Below, one piece after another: positions 35,211-45,469 of a DNA stretch of 64,000 nucleotides. Under the pieces are notes generated by a model. That model ran no database searches and was not told the origin of the DNA. It saw only the letters and a list, made by a program, of their open reading frames with translations. The position numbers and the translations under genes are program-made. The DNA comes from Candidatus Poribacteria bacterium. Its GTDB lineage: Bacteria > Poribacteria > WGA-4E > WGA-3G. How positions within the stretch are numbered: the stretch's first letter is position 1; each line of letters opens with the position of its first letter. The stretch spans positions 3,230,031 to 3,294,030 of the forward strand of contig CAXXLX010000001.1 of NCBI GenBank assembly GCA_963665235.2, given 5' to 3'.

Positions 35211-36578
35211 ATGTTAAACTATGGACTCGTAAGCACAGCTAGTGCTGATGACCGGCAGAAACTGCAAAATGGGATACGCTGCTTAGGCACAATGGCACAC
35301 AAATACGGTATTCCGGTAACGTGGGCAATGGATGCTGCTTCAGCACAATTTCTAGCGAAGGATGTGACTGAATGGCACGCCGAATATGGCGATGAGCCGC
35401 TACTGATGCTAGATATCAAACCGTTGTGGGAGACAAACTGGGCAACCCTCACAGAGGAGGACGACTCCCATAACACCTCGCGGGTATCCGCATCGCCAGA
35501 AATTGTCGCAGAGCACCTCGTCAAAATGCGGGAGATGTTACCGCAATACGTGACTACCGAATGTAATCGGCTCAAAAAGGCGATGACCTGGGCAGCCCCA
35601 AGTGTTGCTGGGGCAGTTTGGAAAAACGGTGTCCTCCTTCATGCCCTAGAGCAAACAGGTTTCCGAGGATTATGGGGGTATCGCTGGAACGAACGCAACT
35701 CGGAGGCGGAGGCAGACCGCGGCTGTCCGTTTGGCTACTTTTATCCATCTATAGAACAGCATAACTTCAGTGCCCCGACAGCGGGGAGCATCGCTGGCAT
35801 CCCCTATCTTACCGCTGCCCATTTAGAAAACGATGCGAATAATCTTCGCGCCTCGCTTCTAAACGGCACGGCACAGCGAAGCTACGATGTTTACGTAGAG
35901 AATCGACAGTGGAATCGATGGCTCGGTTATGTGCAACATATCAATGCAGTTGAGGTAACACAATTTGGACAAGAGACGTTGGAACGGCTAGAGGCATATT
36001 TCGACTATGTGGCTAGCGATGAAAACACAAAGCTTTTGCCCCTGTCTGAAATGGTTGACGATTATTGGACAACTTGCCAGCAGACGGAGCCGACCTATAT
36101 TATCGCGAGTGCCCTTGAATGTCAAACTACGCAGGAGTCCGCGAATTCAGATTCAGCTACGGAATCAAAAACGGATGAGCAAAAGATGTGTTTCTATTAT
36201 GATGCCGAATGCCAACTTACCTTTGTTGAGGGAACAGCGGAACCGGTTGAAATGAAAAACTATATTTCACCGCCAGTTTTGGAGACACCTGGGGGACAGA
36301 TTTCGGAGCTCAGCGCGCCTGCCCCTGGGATTGAATACCATTTACCCAAGATCACGCGATTTCTGCCGAGTCGACAACGTTCAAAATTGCACATCACCTT
36401 CGCAATTGAATCGACAAAGGCGATGCCCTACGGTATAGCGATATGGGGCAATCACAGCGGCTTGCAACTCGCTACATCTAACGTCGACGCTGTCACCTGG
36501 ATAGATAAATACATGCTGTTTGTACGGTTCAGTTTGCAACCGGGAAACAACGAATTTGAAGTGATATTGACAATTTGA
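35211..36578 (+). CDS. Hypothetical protein
   Basis: It is a 455-aa uninterrupted ORF with coding-like composition. No motif was recognised. Confidence 0.55.
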   Translation: MLNYGLVSTASADDRQKLQNGIRCLGTMAHKYGIPVTWAMDAASAQFLAKDVTEWHAEYGDEPLLMLDIKPLWETNWATLTEEDDSHNTSRVSASPEIVAEHLVKMREMLPQYVTTECNRLKKAMTWAAPSVAGAVWKNGVLLHALEQTGFRGLWGYRWNERNSEAEADRGCPFGYFYPSIEQHNFSAPTAGSIAGIPYLTAAHLENDANNLRASLLNGTAQRSYDVYVENRQWNRWLGYVQHINAVEVTQFGQETLERLEAYFDYVASDENTKLLPLSEMVDDYWTTCQQTEPTYIIASALECQTTQESANSDSATESKTDEQKMCFYYDAECQLTFVEGTAEPVEMKNYISPPVLETPGGQISELSAPAPGIEYHLPKITRFLPSRQRSKLHITFAIESTKAMPYGIAIWGNHSGLQLATSNVDAVTWIDKYMLFVRFSLQPGNNEFEVILTI

Positions 36579-36611
36579 AGAGCCTTCAGCTCTTCTCAAC
36601 TTGGAGAGAAT

Positions 36612-37844
36612 ATGGAAAAAGTTTTAGGCTTAAAATGTCGTGAATGTGAACGGAAATATCCGAAGGAACCGCTTCACGTTTGCGAGTTCTGTTTCGGTCC
36701 GCTTGAGGTAGACTATAACTACGAAGCTATTCAAAAGTCCATCTCAAGACGCTCAATTGAGCAGGGACCGCAAAGCTTGTGGCGATACGTCGACCTGCTA
36801 CCGATTGATGAGGCACCAACAGATGGGCTCAACTCCGGTTTTACGCCCTTAATCCATGCGAAAAATTTAGGCGATACCCTCGGCGTTAAGCATCTCTATA
36901 TTAAAGACGATTCGGTATGTCACCCGACACTCTCTTTCAAAGACCGCGTTGTATCGATTGCCTTGAGCAAGGCAAAAGAATTCGATTTTGACACAGTGTC
37001 ATGTGCATCAACCGGCAATTTAGCGAACGCAGTCGCTGCGCATGCTGCTATCGCTAATCTGAACTGTTTCATTTTCATTCCTGCAGACCTCGAACTTGGC
37101 AAAGTGGTGGCTTCGCTCGTTTATGCCCCTACGGTAGTAGGCATCACGGGTACCTACGACGAAGTGAACCGACTATGCAGTGAAATTGCTGGGGTTTATC
37201 CGTGGGCATTTGTGAACATTAACATCCGTCCCTTCTATGCCGAAGGTTCAAAAACGCTCTGCTTTGAATTGATTGAACAACTCGGTTGGGAGGCACCGGA
37301 CCACATCATCGCGCCTGCTGCTGGTGGGTCGCTAATTACAAAAATCGGCAAAGCACTTAAGGAGTTTTACCACCTCGACCTCATAGAAAAACCAAATACT
37401 AAAATTCATGTTGCACAAGCAGCGGGGTGCGGACCGATTGTCAATACCTACAAGGAAAATGGGGATTTTGTCAAACCGGTGAAACCGGACACTATCGCCA
37501 AATCGCTTGCTATTGGGAATCCAGCAGACGGTATTTATGCCGTGAACACTGTCCGGAAATCCGGGGGCATCGGCGAACATGCCACCGATGACGAAATCAT
37601 TGAAGCCATTAAACTGCTCGCCGCTACCGAAGGGATTTTTACCGAGACTGCCGGGGGAGTCACGCTTGCGGTCGCTAAAAAACTCATCGAAAACGGACAT
37701 ATCACACCCGATGAACGCACTGTGCTCGCTATTACAGGCAACGGTCTCAAAACCATAGAAGCTCTTGAAAAGAAAACGGATGAACCGCATATCATCGCAC
37801 CACAACTGAACGCTTTTCGGAAACTGATGGCAAGCATCGAATAA
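36612..37844 (+). CDS. thrC: Threonine synthase
   Basis: 410 aa with an N-terminal zinc ribbon KCRECERKYPKEPLHVCEFCFGPLEV and PLP-lysine motif HPTLSFKDR. Confidence 0.9.
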   Translation: MEKVLGLKCRECERKYPKEPLHVCEFCFGPLEVDYNYEAIQKSISRRSIEQGPQSLWRYVDLLPIDEAPTDGLNSGFTPLIHAKNLGDTLGVKHLYIKDDSVCHPTLSFKDRVVSIALSKAKEFDFDTVSCASTGNLANAVAAHAAIANLNCFIFIPADLELGKVVASLVYAPTVVGITGTYDEVNRLCSEIAGVYPWAFVNINIRPFYAEGSKTLCFELIEQLGWEAPDHIIAPAAGGSLITKIGKALKEFYHLDLIEKPNTKIHVAQAAGCGPIVNTYKENGDFVKPVKPDTIAKSLAIGNPADGIYAVNTVRKSGGIGEHATDDEIIEAIKLLAATEGIFTETAGGVTLAVAKKLIENGHITPDERTVLAITGNGLKTIEALEKKTDEPHIIAPQLNAFRKLMASIE

Positions 37845-37896
37845 CCGGTTTCTGTTGAAAGTTTTCGTTCAGACGCGCCTTTTGGAGGATGAAAGT

Positions 37897-38472
37897 ATGA
37901 CGCATTTAGAAGCACACGAACACTCACAGGATATACCCACACCCGAACATGGCACCATGACATTAGAGGAATTCCTTGCAACGGATGTCGATGGATATGA
38001 ATACGTCAAAGGAGAACTTGTCCCAATGCCCGGAACATCAATCACACATGGTATAATCAGTATCAACATCATTCGCTGTTTAGACTCGCCTGTTCATGAG
38101 AATAAGTTAGGACGCTTGTTGCCATCAGAGACCGCCTTTAAAGTCGGTGAACGGGTGCTGAAACCGGATATCGCTTTTCTATCAGCAGCTCGCTTAGCAG
38201 AAATAGAAGACAGAGCCAAGGGCTCTCCGATACCGCCCGATCTTGCCATAGAGGTGATTTCTCCATCGGATACCCTATCGCGTATTGTTGGAAAAGTATT
38301 TGCGTATTTGGACGCTGGCACCCGCGTTGTCTGGATTATTGAACCTGATTCAAAAACTGTGCTCGTCTATCAATCCGAAACAGACATCAAAATATTAACC
38401 CGCGAAGACACCCTCACTGGGGGGGATGTCGTGCCGGGGTTCTCCTGTCCTGTTGCACAACTATTTGCGTAG
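37897..38472 (+). CDS. Uma2-family (DUF820) PD-(D/E)xK endonuclease
   Basis: YEYVKGELVPMP, KPDIAF and PDLAIEVISPSD. The start is taken at MTHLEAHE, which follows a GGAGGA RBS; the listed ORF starts at 37855. Confidence 0.75.
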   Translation: MTHLEAHEHSQDIPTPEHGTMTLEEFLATDVDGYEYVKGELVPMPGTSITHGIISINIIRCLDSPVHENKLGRLLPSETAFKVGERVLKPDIAFLSAARLAEIEDRAKGSPIPPDLAIEVISPSDTLSRIVGKVFAYLDAGTRVVWIIEPDSKTVLVYQSETDIKILTREDTLTGGDVVPGFSCPVAQLFA

Positions 38473-38499
38473 CTATACCACACAAGAAGAGTCTAAAAA

Positions 38500-40764
38500 A
38501 TGGAAACGCTTCACGGAATCCTTGAACGGGTTGTTTTTGAAAACCCCGACAACGGGTATACCGTCGGCAGATTTTCTGCCCGTGGCTACCCAGAACTCGT
38601 CACCATCGTAGGCAATCTTGCATCTGTCAACGCTGGCGAAAGCTTGCTGCTTAACGGCGAATGGGTTAACAATCCAAAATACGGGAGGCAGTTCAATATT
38701 AACAGGTATGAAACTATCCTCCCAGCAAACGTCGTCGGATTGCGAAAATACCTCGGCTCCGGCCTCATTAAAGGTATCGGCCCGAAGATGGCGACCCGTA
38801 TCGTCAAACAATTCGGGATGGATACGATGGATGTGATTGAGCAGACACCTGAAAAATTGGAACGCGTACCGGGGATTGGGCGGAAACGCATTAAACTTAT
38901 CAAGCAAGCGTGGGAAGCACAACGTGAGATTAAAAACGTGATGATTTTCTTGCAATCGCACGATGTAAGCACCGCACATGCAGCGAAAATCTACAAGATA
39001 TACAAAAATGAAGCTATACCCATTGTCACTGAAAATCCTTACCGGCTCGCCGATGAAATTTACGGCATCGGATTTGTAACAGCTGACACGATTGCACAAA
39101 AATTGGGCGTGGCTAAAGATGCACCACACAGAGTAGAAGCCGGTATCAAATATGTACTCAGTCAAAAGGCAAACGATGGACACGTCTTTCAGCACCACCT
39201 CGAACTTATTGAGGCGTGTCAAAACATGCTTGAGCAGACACCAGAGACAATTCAGAAGGGTATCCGCTCCCTCACTGAAAAAGAGGAGATTATCCTTTCA
39301 CCAGAAGACGAACTGGTAGAAACCTTAGCGGAAATCGGGGTGCAGCTGGTAGAGCCTGTCCTCGAAGTACAAGATGAGGACAGCGGAGAAAATGCTGACG
39401 TTGATGAACCGATTGACGAGCAAAGTGCTATCTATCTGGCACCCTTCTACTATGCTGAATTAGGAGTTGCCAATCAGTTCAGGCGACTGTTGTCAAGTCG
39501 GAAACCGGACTCAAATCATATCCACATTGAGACAGCGTTGGCGCAGCTGGAAAGGGTGATGAACATCCGATTTGCCCCACAACAGCAGGAAGCAATTCAC
39601 GCAGCACTCACTGAACGCGCGATGATTCTGACAGGCGGCCCAGGCACAGGCAAAACCACAACCACAGTCGGTATGATTCGGTTATTTGAGGCAGCTGGAA
39701 AGCAGATTGCACTGGCTGCACCGACCGGGCGCGCAGCAAAACGCCTCAGCGAAATGACGAACAGGGAAGCCAAAACGATACACCGCCTCCTCGAATTTTC
39801 ACCGAGAGAAAACGGGTTCAAACGCAATCGGCAAAATCCCCTGGAAGCAGATGTTGTCATTGTCGACGAAATGTCAATGGTAGACCTCATCTTGATGAAC
39901 CGACTCATGCAGGCAATCCCCCCGGATGCCACCGTGATACTCATCGGCGATATCGACCAGCTACCCTCTGTCGGTGCAGGCAATGTGCTTAAGGCACTCA
40001 TCGATTCTCGACAGATACCGGTAGTCACACTCACAGAAATCTTCCGACAGGCAAGAGAGAGTATGATTGTGACAAACGCACATCGGATTAACATTGGTGA
40101 ATTTCCAAAACTCACCGGGGACGCTGAACGGAATTTCTTCTTCCTAGAAGAATCGGACCCAGAGACAGCAGCAAAACTCATCTCCTCCCTCATTGCCGAA
40201 CGTTTACCTCGACACTACGGCTATCATCCGCTAGATGACATCCAACTGTTATGCCCGATGCGGCGCGGCATTCTCGGCTCCGAAAACCTCAACAAAAGAC
40301 TCCAAGACGTGCTTAATCCGAGCACTACAGAAGCTGTCAGAGGATGGCAAGCCTTTCGCAACGGCGATAAGGTGATGCAAGTACGCAACAACTACGACTA
40401 CGAGGTCTTCAACGGTGATATCGGAAGAATTGTCGATATTGACCCGGTCGAAAAGAGAGTAAAAGTTCAGTTCCCCGATAAAAATGTGGCTTATGATATG
40501 GCGGACCTGAATGAGCTCACCTTGGCTTATGCCACAACTATCCACAAAGCACAAGGCAGCGAATACCCCGCGGTTATCATCCCTTTGCACACACAACACT
40601 ATCTTATGTTACAACGGAATTTACTTTACACAGGCATCACCCGCGCTAAAGAACGGGTGGTAATTGTTGGGACCAGGAAAGCACTCGCTATCTGTATCAA
40701 TAACACACAGGTGACAGAACGTAACAGCTACCTTGCAGAACGTCTTCAAGATGGGTTTGCATAG
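38500..40764 (+). CDS. recD2: RecD2-type ATP-dependent DNA helicase (RecD/TraA family)
   Basis: 754 aa with Walker A LTGGPGTGKTT, Walker B VVIVDEMSMV, and C-terminal motifs ATTIHKAQGSEY and YTGITRAK. Confidence 0.9.
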   Translation: METLHGILERVVFENPDNGYTVGRFSARGYPELVTIVGNLASVNAGESLLLNGEWVNNPKYGRQFNINRYETILPANVVGLRKYLGSGLIKGIGPKMATRIVKQFGMDTMDVIEQTPEKLERVPGIGRKRIKLIKQAWEAQREIKNVMIFLQSHDVSTAHAAKIYKIYKNEAIPIVTENPYRLADEIYGIGFVTADTIAQKLGVAKDAPHRVEAGIKYVLSQKANDGHVFQHHLELIEACQNMLEQTPETIQKGIRSLTEKEEIILSPEDELVETLAEIGVQLVEPVLEVQDEDSGENADVDEPIDEQSAIYLAPFYYAELGVANQFRRLLSSRKPDSNHIHIETALAQLERVMNIRFAPQQQEAIHAALTERAMILTGGPGTGKTTTTVGMIRLFEAAGKQIALAAPTGRAAKRLSEMTNREAKTIHRLLEFSPRENGFKRNRQNPLEADVVIVDEMSMVDLILMNRLMQAIPPDATVILIGDIDQLPSVGAGNVLKALIDSRQIPVVTLTEIFRQARESMIVTNAHRINIGEFPKLTGDAERNFFFLEESDPETAAKLISSLIAERLPRHYGYHPLDDIQLLCPMRRGILGSENLNKRLQDVLNPSTTEAVRGWQAFRNGDKVMQVRNNYDYEVFNGDIGRIVDIDPVEKRVKVQFPDKNVAYDMADLNELTLAYATTIHKAQGSEYPAVIIPLHTQHYLMLQRNLLYTGITRAKERVVIVGTRKALAICINNTQVTERNSYLAERLQDGFA

Positions 40765-40873
40765 TTTGTAGTAGAACAATTCATCGCCCGTCGTGTGTGC
40801 TTGCGATTGAAATTGACACATTTTCCTTGACTTCACAATTTTTTAATGATACACTGCACGCACATTGGGATCC

Positions 40874-40905
40874 CCTCCTGTTTTAAAGTCATTTAAAACA
40901 GGAGG
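40874..40905 (+). promoter_or_regulatory. Perfect 14-bp stem-loop in the predicted 5'UTR of the esterase gene
   Basis: CCTCCTGTTTTAAA-GTCA-TTTAAAACAGGAGG. A TTGACT-17-TACACT promoter-like site lies at 40827-40855. No U-tract follows the hairpin. Confidence 0.5.
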
Positions 40906-40959
40906 CTCTCTCATCACAAACCGACTAATTACCGTTAACCCTCAACCGAAGGAGTTTGA

Positions 40960-42504
40960 ATGAAAATCCTTATTATGATTCTTCTCGGCTCTGCGTTCTT
41001 CTTCGCGCAAACGTTTGCGTACTCTGAGATTAAACTGCCACGCGTTATCAGCAACGACATGGTGCTGCAACGCGATATGCCCGCACCGATTTGGGGATGG
41101 GCAGATGCAGGCGAAGATATTTCTGTTACCCTCAGCAAACAGGACGTAGAAACTGGCACTGTTCATACAACAACTACAACCGCTGACGCGAACGGCAATT
41201 GGCAAACGACACTCCCAGCTATGCAGGCAGGCGGCCCGTATACGCTTAACATCAGCGGCAGCAGCACCGTTGAACTTACAAATATACTTTTTGGCGAAGT
41301 GTGGTTATGCTCAGGACAGTCTAATATGGAGTGGCCCGTCAACGCTTCAATGAACAAAGACGCTGAAATAGCCGCTGCAAATTACCCGCTGATTCGATTA
41401 TTTCACGTACCGCGGGAAGCCTCCGGGTTGCCTGTCCGTGACGTACATACACAGTGGCGGCCGACTACACCGGATAACATCAGACATTTTTCCGCTGTCG
41501 CCTACGCTTTTGGTAGGCATATTCACAAGGAACTAGATGAGGTGCCGATTGGGTTAATTAACGCCTCATGGGGGGGCACCCGTATTGAACCGTGGACCCC
41601 GCAGGTCGGATTCACATCGGTATCAGCACTCACCGCAATCGCTGAAGAAATTCAGGATGTTGACAAAAACTATCGAGCGCAGCTCCCACAGAAGCTGAAC
41701 GATATTGAGGAGTGGATAGCAAAGACAAGAAAGGCATTGGAAAACGAAGGTGTTATTTTTCAGATGCCCGAAAATGTACACCCCTTAACCCCCCATCAGA
41801 GACCGACAGCACTTTACAACAATATGGTCTATCCAATTGTGCCTTTTGCCATACGTGGTGCCCTTTGGTATCAAGGCGAATCAAACATGGGGGAAGGTAT
41901 GATGTACCATGAAAAGATGAAGGCACTTATTAACGGATGGCGACAGGTCTGGGGACAAGGGGATTTTCCGTTCTATTTTGTCCAACTCGCGCCATGGGGC
42001 GGCTACGATAAAAATGATCCGACTCGACTTCCAAGGTTTTGGGAGGCGCAAACTGCCACGCTAGCCGTACCAAATACCGGTATGGTGGTAATAACAGACG
42101 TGGGCAACATTCGGGATATTCACCCGCGAAATAAACAGGATGTTGGATTGCGGCTTGCCTTATGGGCACTTGCCAAAACTTACGGTAAAGAGGAGCTGGT
42201 GCATTCCGGACCGCTTTACAAATCTATGGCCGCTGAAGGCAACACAATCCGTATCAGTTTTGACCATGTGGGCAGTGGGTTGATAGCGCGAGATGGCGAA
42301 CCGTTGACATGGTTTCAAATTGCAGGAGAGGATAAGGAGTTCGTTGAGGCAACTGCGGTCGTTGATGGCGATACGGTGGTTGTATCAAGCGATTCGGTTC
42401 AGGCACCTGTTGCCGTGCGATTCGGTTGGGATCAGATTGCGGAGCCGAACCTTATGAATAAGGAGGGACTACCCACCTCACCTTTCCGGACCGATTCATG
42501 GTAA
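40960..42504 (+). CDS. Sialate O-acetylesterase family (SGNH/SASA domain) secreted protein
   Basis: 514 aa with a signal peptide and GEVWLCSGQSNMEWPV (GQSNM). Confidence 0.8.
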   Translation: MKILIMILLGSAFFFAQTFAYSEIKLPRVISNDMVLQRDMPAPIWGWADAGEDISVTLSKQDVETGTVHTTTTTADANGNWQTTLPAMQAGGPYTLNISGSSTVELTNILFGEVWLCSGQSNMEWPVNASMNKDAEIAAANYPLIRLFHVPREASGLPVRDVHTQWRPTTPDNIRHFSAVAYAFGRHIHKELDEVPIGLINASWGGTRIEPWTPQVGFTSVSALTAIAEEIQDVDKNYRAQLPQKLNDIEEWIAKTRKALENEGVIFQMPENVHPLTPHQRPTALYNNMVYPIVPFAIRGALWYQGESNMGEGMMYHEKMKALINGWRQVWGQGDFPFYFVQLAPWGGYDKNDPTRLPRFWEAQTATLAVPNTGMVVITDVGNIRDIHPRNKQDVGLRLALWALAKTYGKEELVHSGPLYKSMAAEGNTIRISFDHVGSGLIARDGEPLTWFQIAGEDKEFVEATAVVDGDTVVVSSDSVQAPVAVRFGWDQIAEPNLMNKEGLPTSPFRTDSW

Positions 42505-42512
42505 AAAACGGA

Positions 42513-42571
42513 TGGGCAATGAATTGCCCTACTACCAACAAGAACGTTTGTAGTAGGGTGATTTATCACCC
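42513..42571. terminator. Cluster of three hairpins between convergent genes, including one GTAG-headed palindrome
   Basis: The hairpins are GGGCAA-TGA-TTGCCC, CCCTACTAC...GTAGTAGGG (9-bp stem) and GTAGTAGGGTGATTTATCACCC. Confidence 0.5.
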
Positions 42572-42586
42572 GTTCCGATTTTGTGA

Positions 42587-43525
42587 CTACGCTGCCAACG
42601 CGGCAAATAACGCCTTGATATAACCCACTGAATATGCTAATCCGACATTGCCTTCCAACCTCGGAATATGGTCGGCATTGATACACCCATCGAACCCAAC
42701 CTTTTGGAGTTCCCGTACAATTTTGAACATATTCATATCGCCATCGTCTAAGAGTGTTTCCTCGAATGCTCCGGCTGTTGCAAGGCTACCGCGCACATTC
42801 CGTAGGTGAATCATGAAGATGCGTCCCTTGCGTCCGTAATTGTTAATCTCATCGAGCACAATAGCACTGCCACCCGCTTCAGCACGGGTGCCGCAGCAGT
42901 AAAGATAACCGACATTTTTGCTCGGAAACGCGTCAATAACGCGGTGAAATCCGAGACCGCCGAGGGGCGTATCCGGATTCGGCACATCCGATGGGTGAAT
43001 AGCAAGTTTGATATCGTGTTCATCGGCAATTGGGACCAACGCGCCGTAGACTTCACAGAAACGTTTCCACCATTCGTCGAGCTCTTCCATCGTCGGGGTA
43101 GGCGGCGGATTCTGTGTTGCCGCACGACTTTCCCCACGCGAGGTATATCCCCCACGATGTACAGCAGAATAACGTGTCATCAGATAGTCAAACGTATCTC
43201 CCCAAAACCGTTGACGCGCAATAGGCACCCCAGCTTCCGCGAACACCTTAAGCGCGTTGCACGTATTCTCTAATTCCTTTTCGCCATCGGGTTGCCCCTT
43301 CATGAACCGCTCAGTGATGTTCGGCAGCGTCACCCGGTTGATGTCCAAGCCGTAAGAGCGAATCTGTTTTTTCATTTTCAACAGTCCATCTAAATCGGGA
43401 TAGCCTTGCTCTCTAACACCGGGAAAAGAGCCACCGTTACCGAAATCGATGCAGTTGGCACCGAGTTGTGTGACCTGTTTGAGGTAGGTGTCTGAAAGTC
43501 CACCGTCCCAGACTGAAATTTTCAT
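42587..43525 (-). CDS. Xylose-isomerase-like TIM-barrel protein (mannonate dehydratase-like)
   Basis: 312 aa. It is the last gene of a tightly spaced LamG / Gfo-Idh-MocA / TIM-barrel trio. The fold assignment rests on overall sequence resemblance only. Confidence 0.55.
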   Translation of the reverse strand: MKISVWDGGLSDTYLKQVTQLGANCIDFGNGGSFPGVREQGYPDLDGLLKMKKQIRSYGLDINRVTLPNITERFMKGQPDGEKELENTCNALKVFAEAGVPIARQRFWGDTFDYLMTRYSAVHRGGYTSRGESRAATQNPPPTPTMEELDEWWKRFCEVYGALVPIADEHDIKLAIHPSDVPNPDTPLGGLGFHRVIDAFPSKNVGYLYCCGTRAEAGGSAIVLDEINNYGRKGRIFMIHLRNVRGSLATAGAFEETLLDDGDMNMFKIVRELQKVGFDGCINADHIPRLEGNVGLAYSVGYIKALFAALAA

Positions 43526-43537
43526 TTTTTTTCTCCT

Positions 43538-44542
43538 CTATAGGGGTAATGCGACAGGCTGCCCAGTTTCAACAGATTGGTATGCAGCTAACGCAATTTC
43601 CACAGCGGCACGTCCATCAAGTCCTGTAATCAGTGGGGGTGTATCGTTCCGAATTGCCTCTGCAAAAACACGAATTTCTTGTTGCACAGGCGGCCGCACC
43701 TGAATATCACCTATCCTGATACTTCTGCCTTCCCCTTCAAAAGGTTTAATCTGAATAGATGCATCTCCGCCCCAGATTTGCGGAAAATAGATAGAGCCTT
43801 TTTCGCAGTCAACGCGTCCTCCGTAACCGCCAACAGCGGCGGCATGGCTGGAATGCAGCAATCCGACAGCCCCGTTTTTAAAATTTAATGATGCAAGCAC
43901 AACATCCGGGTAGTCTGTATGTTCATGGACGTATTGTCCGCCAACCCCGTATACTCTTGAGACATCCCCACATGTCCATCGCATGAAGTCAATCTCATGT
44001 GCATTTATTTCCATGAGACTGCCACCAGATTTCGAACGTTCCAAACGCCAACGGACACGATTTCCACCTGACCAAGGGCCGCCGATGCGATGCACCATCA
44101 TATTAACGGGTGCGCCTAATTCACCGCTATGAACAATTTCGCGAACCTTTGAATGTGTGGCATGATAACGACAGACCAACCCAATTGTGAGTTTGACACC
44201 GTTTTCCGCAGCAGCCCCAATCATTGCGTCACAATCGGTTAGTGTCGGTGCCATCGGTTTTTCAGAAAAAACATGCTTTCCTGCATTTGCCGCATCAACC
44301 GCCATCTGTGCATGTAGAAACGGGGGGGAAGCGATGAGCACTGCATGGATATTGTCATCAGAAAGCAGGGCATGGTAATCGGTTGTGTAATTTGTGCCGA
44401 GGTTATCTGATAACGTTTTTGCCAATTCCTCTTGTAGGTCACTGACACAGATAACCTCTATGCCTTCAACAGCGTTTGCACTATTTGCGAGACTTCTGCC
44501 CATGCCGCCACATCCGATAACGCCAATCCCGACGGTTTCCAT
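43538..44542 (-). CDS. Gfo/Idh/MocA family oxidoreductase
   Basis: 334 aa with N-terminal Rossmann motif IGVIGCGGMG and EKPMA. Confidence 0.85.
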   Translation of the reverse strand: METVGIGVIGCGGMGRSLANSANAVEGIEVICVSDLQEELAKTLSDNLGTNYTTDYHALLSDDNIHAVLIASPPFLHAQMAVDAANAGKHVFSEKPMAPTLTDCDAMIGAAAENGVKLTIGLVCRYHATHSKVREIVHSGELGAPVNMMVHRIGGPWSGGNRVRWRLERSKSGGSLMEINAHEIDFMRWTCGDVSRVYGVGGQYVHEHTDYPDVVLASLNFKNGAVGLLHSSHAAAVGGYGGRVDCEKGSIYFPQIWGGDASIQIKPFEGEGRSIRIGDIQVRPPVQQEIRVFAEAIRNDTPPLITGLDGRAAVEIALAAYQSVETGQPVALPL

Positions 44543-44553
44543 AATCTTCTCCT

Positions 44554-45393
44554 TTATCTCCGCCGTGCTTTAATGTGGCCCCACGTGACGCTCAGCTGGT
44601 TTGCAGAAGGACTGACATCAAGCCCCGTAGCGGTCATATTTTTTCGGACTTCCGCCGCCGTGAGTGCGCGTTCATAAATACGGAATTCGTCGACATATCC
44701 CTGAATCGCATCGCAATTGCAGCCATCTGAGCGGTCTCCGATGGCTAACTTGAGCCCGCCTTTAGGGATTTTGCCCCCTGGCACTGCGTATTTTTTCTCC
44801 TGTTTACCATTCACATAGTAGTGAACTGTCGTGCCATCGTAGGTGCCAACGAGATGAATCCACTGTTCAAGCGGGATATCCTCCAGCACATTATGCTGTG
44901 CTGCCTTGGTTTCCTGCCCACCTGCTCTTATGAAAAAGCCGTGCTGATTGTCATCATCGTCGTAATAGAGGCTGGCAACTGCTTTGTTTGTGGGCATATC
45001 GTCAAGCGAGATAATCCGATTCCAACTATCATCTAAGGCAGTAATATAGACCCAACACTCCAACGTGATTTCATCCCAATCTCGGTTAATTTTCGGGGGG
45101 TCTGAATCCTCCACGAGGAGATAGTCGACAGTCCCATCAAACAAGATACACTCTCCGACTTTACAATCGGCAGTGGGTGCAAGCTCAGGGTCACCTTTGA
45201 CTACGGCAGTCAGCCCGGAGAAGATATCCTCTGCCTGTTTTTGGATTTGTACCGTATCCTTGTCAAATGACCAATATGCGACTAAACCGTCCTCAACTGC
45301 GCCGACAATTGCATCGGCGGGCTGTGTTGTTAGGGCAATTAGGAGCGCGAAAAGCGTCCAAATCGCGTAGGTTAATGGTGTGCTCTTGTGCAT
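44554..45393 (-). CDS. Secreted LamG (concanavalin-like) domain protein with a C-terminal QLSVTWGHIKARRR tag
   Basis: The start is taken at MHKSTPL after an AAAGGAGG RBS. It has a signal peptide ending PADA. The LamG_3-like core has LVAYWSFD and IDEFRIYERALTAAEV. Confidence 0.8.
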   Translation of the reverse strand: MHKSTPLTYAIWTLFALLIALTTQPADAIVGAVEDGLVAYWSFDKDTVQIQKQAEDIFSGLTAVVKGDPELAPTADCKVGECILFDGTVDYLLVEDSDPPKINRDWDEITLECWVYITALDDSWNRIISLDDMPTNKAVASLYYDDDDNQHGFFIRAGGQETKAAQHNVLEDIPLEQWIHLVGTYDGTTVHYYVNGKQEKKYAVPGGKIPKGGLKLAIGDRSDGCNCDAIQGYVDEFRIYERALTAAEVRKNMTATGLDVSPSANQLSVTWGHIKARRR

Positions 45394-45469
45394 AATGCCT
45401 CCTTTAATTGCTTGATAGCATATAGGTTTCAACGGTTTTCAGCGGAGCGGATTATCGGCTTAGGCTATT

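Noticed and set aside
38473-39222. 249-aa minus-strand ORF, plus similar long antisense ORFs such as 2639-3349, 3358-3891, 16656-17294 and 32343-32903
   Set aside because: They are fully antisense to well-supported conserved genes (recD2, hemA, dnaG, wzi-like). They show no recognisable motifs and are typical shadow ORFs.
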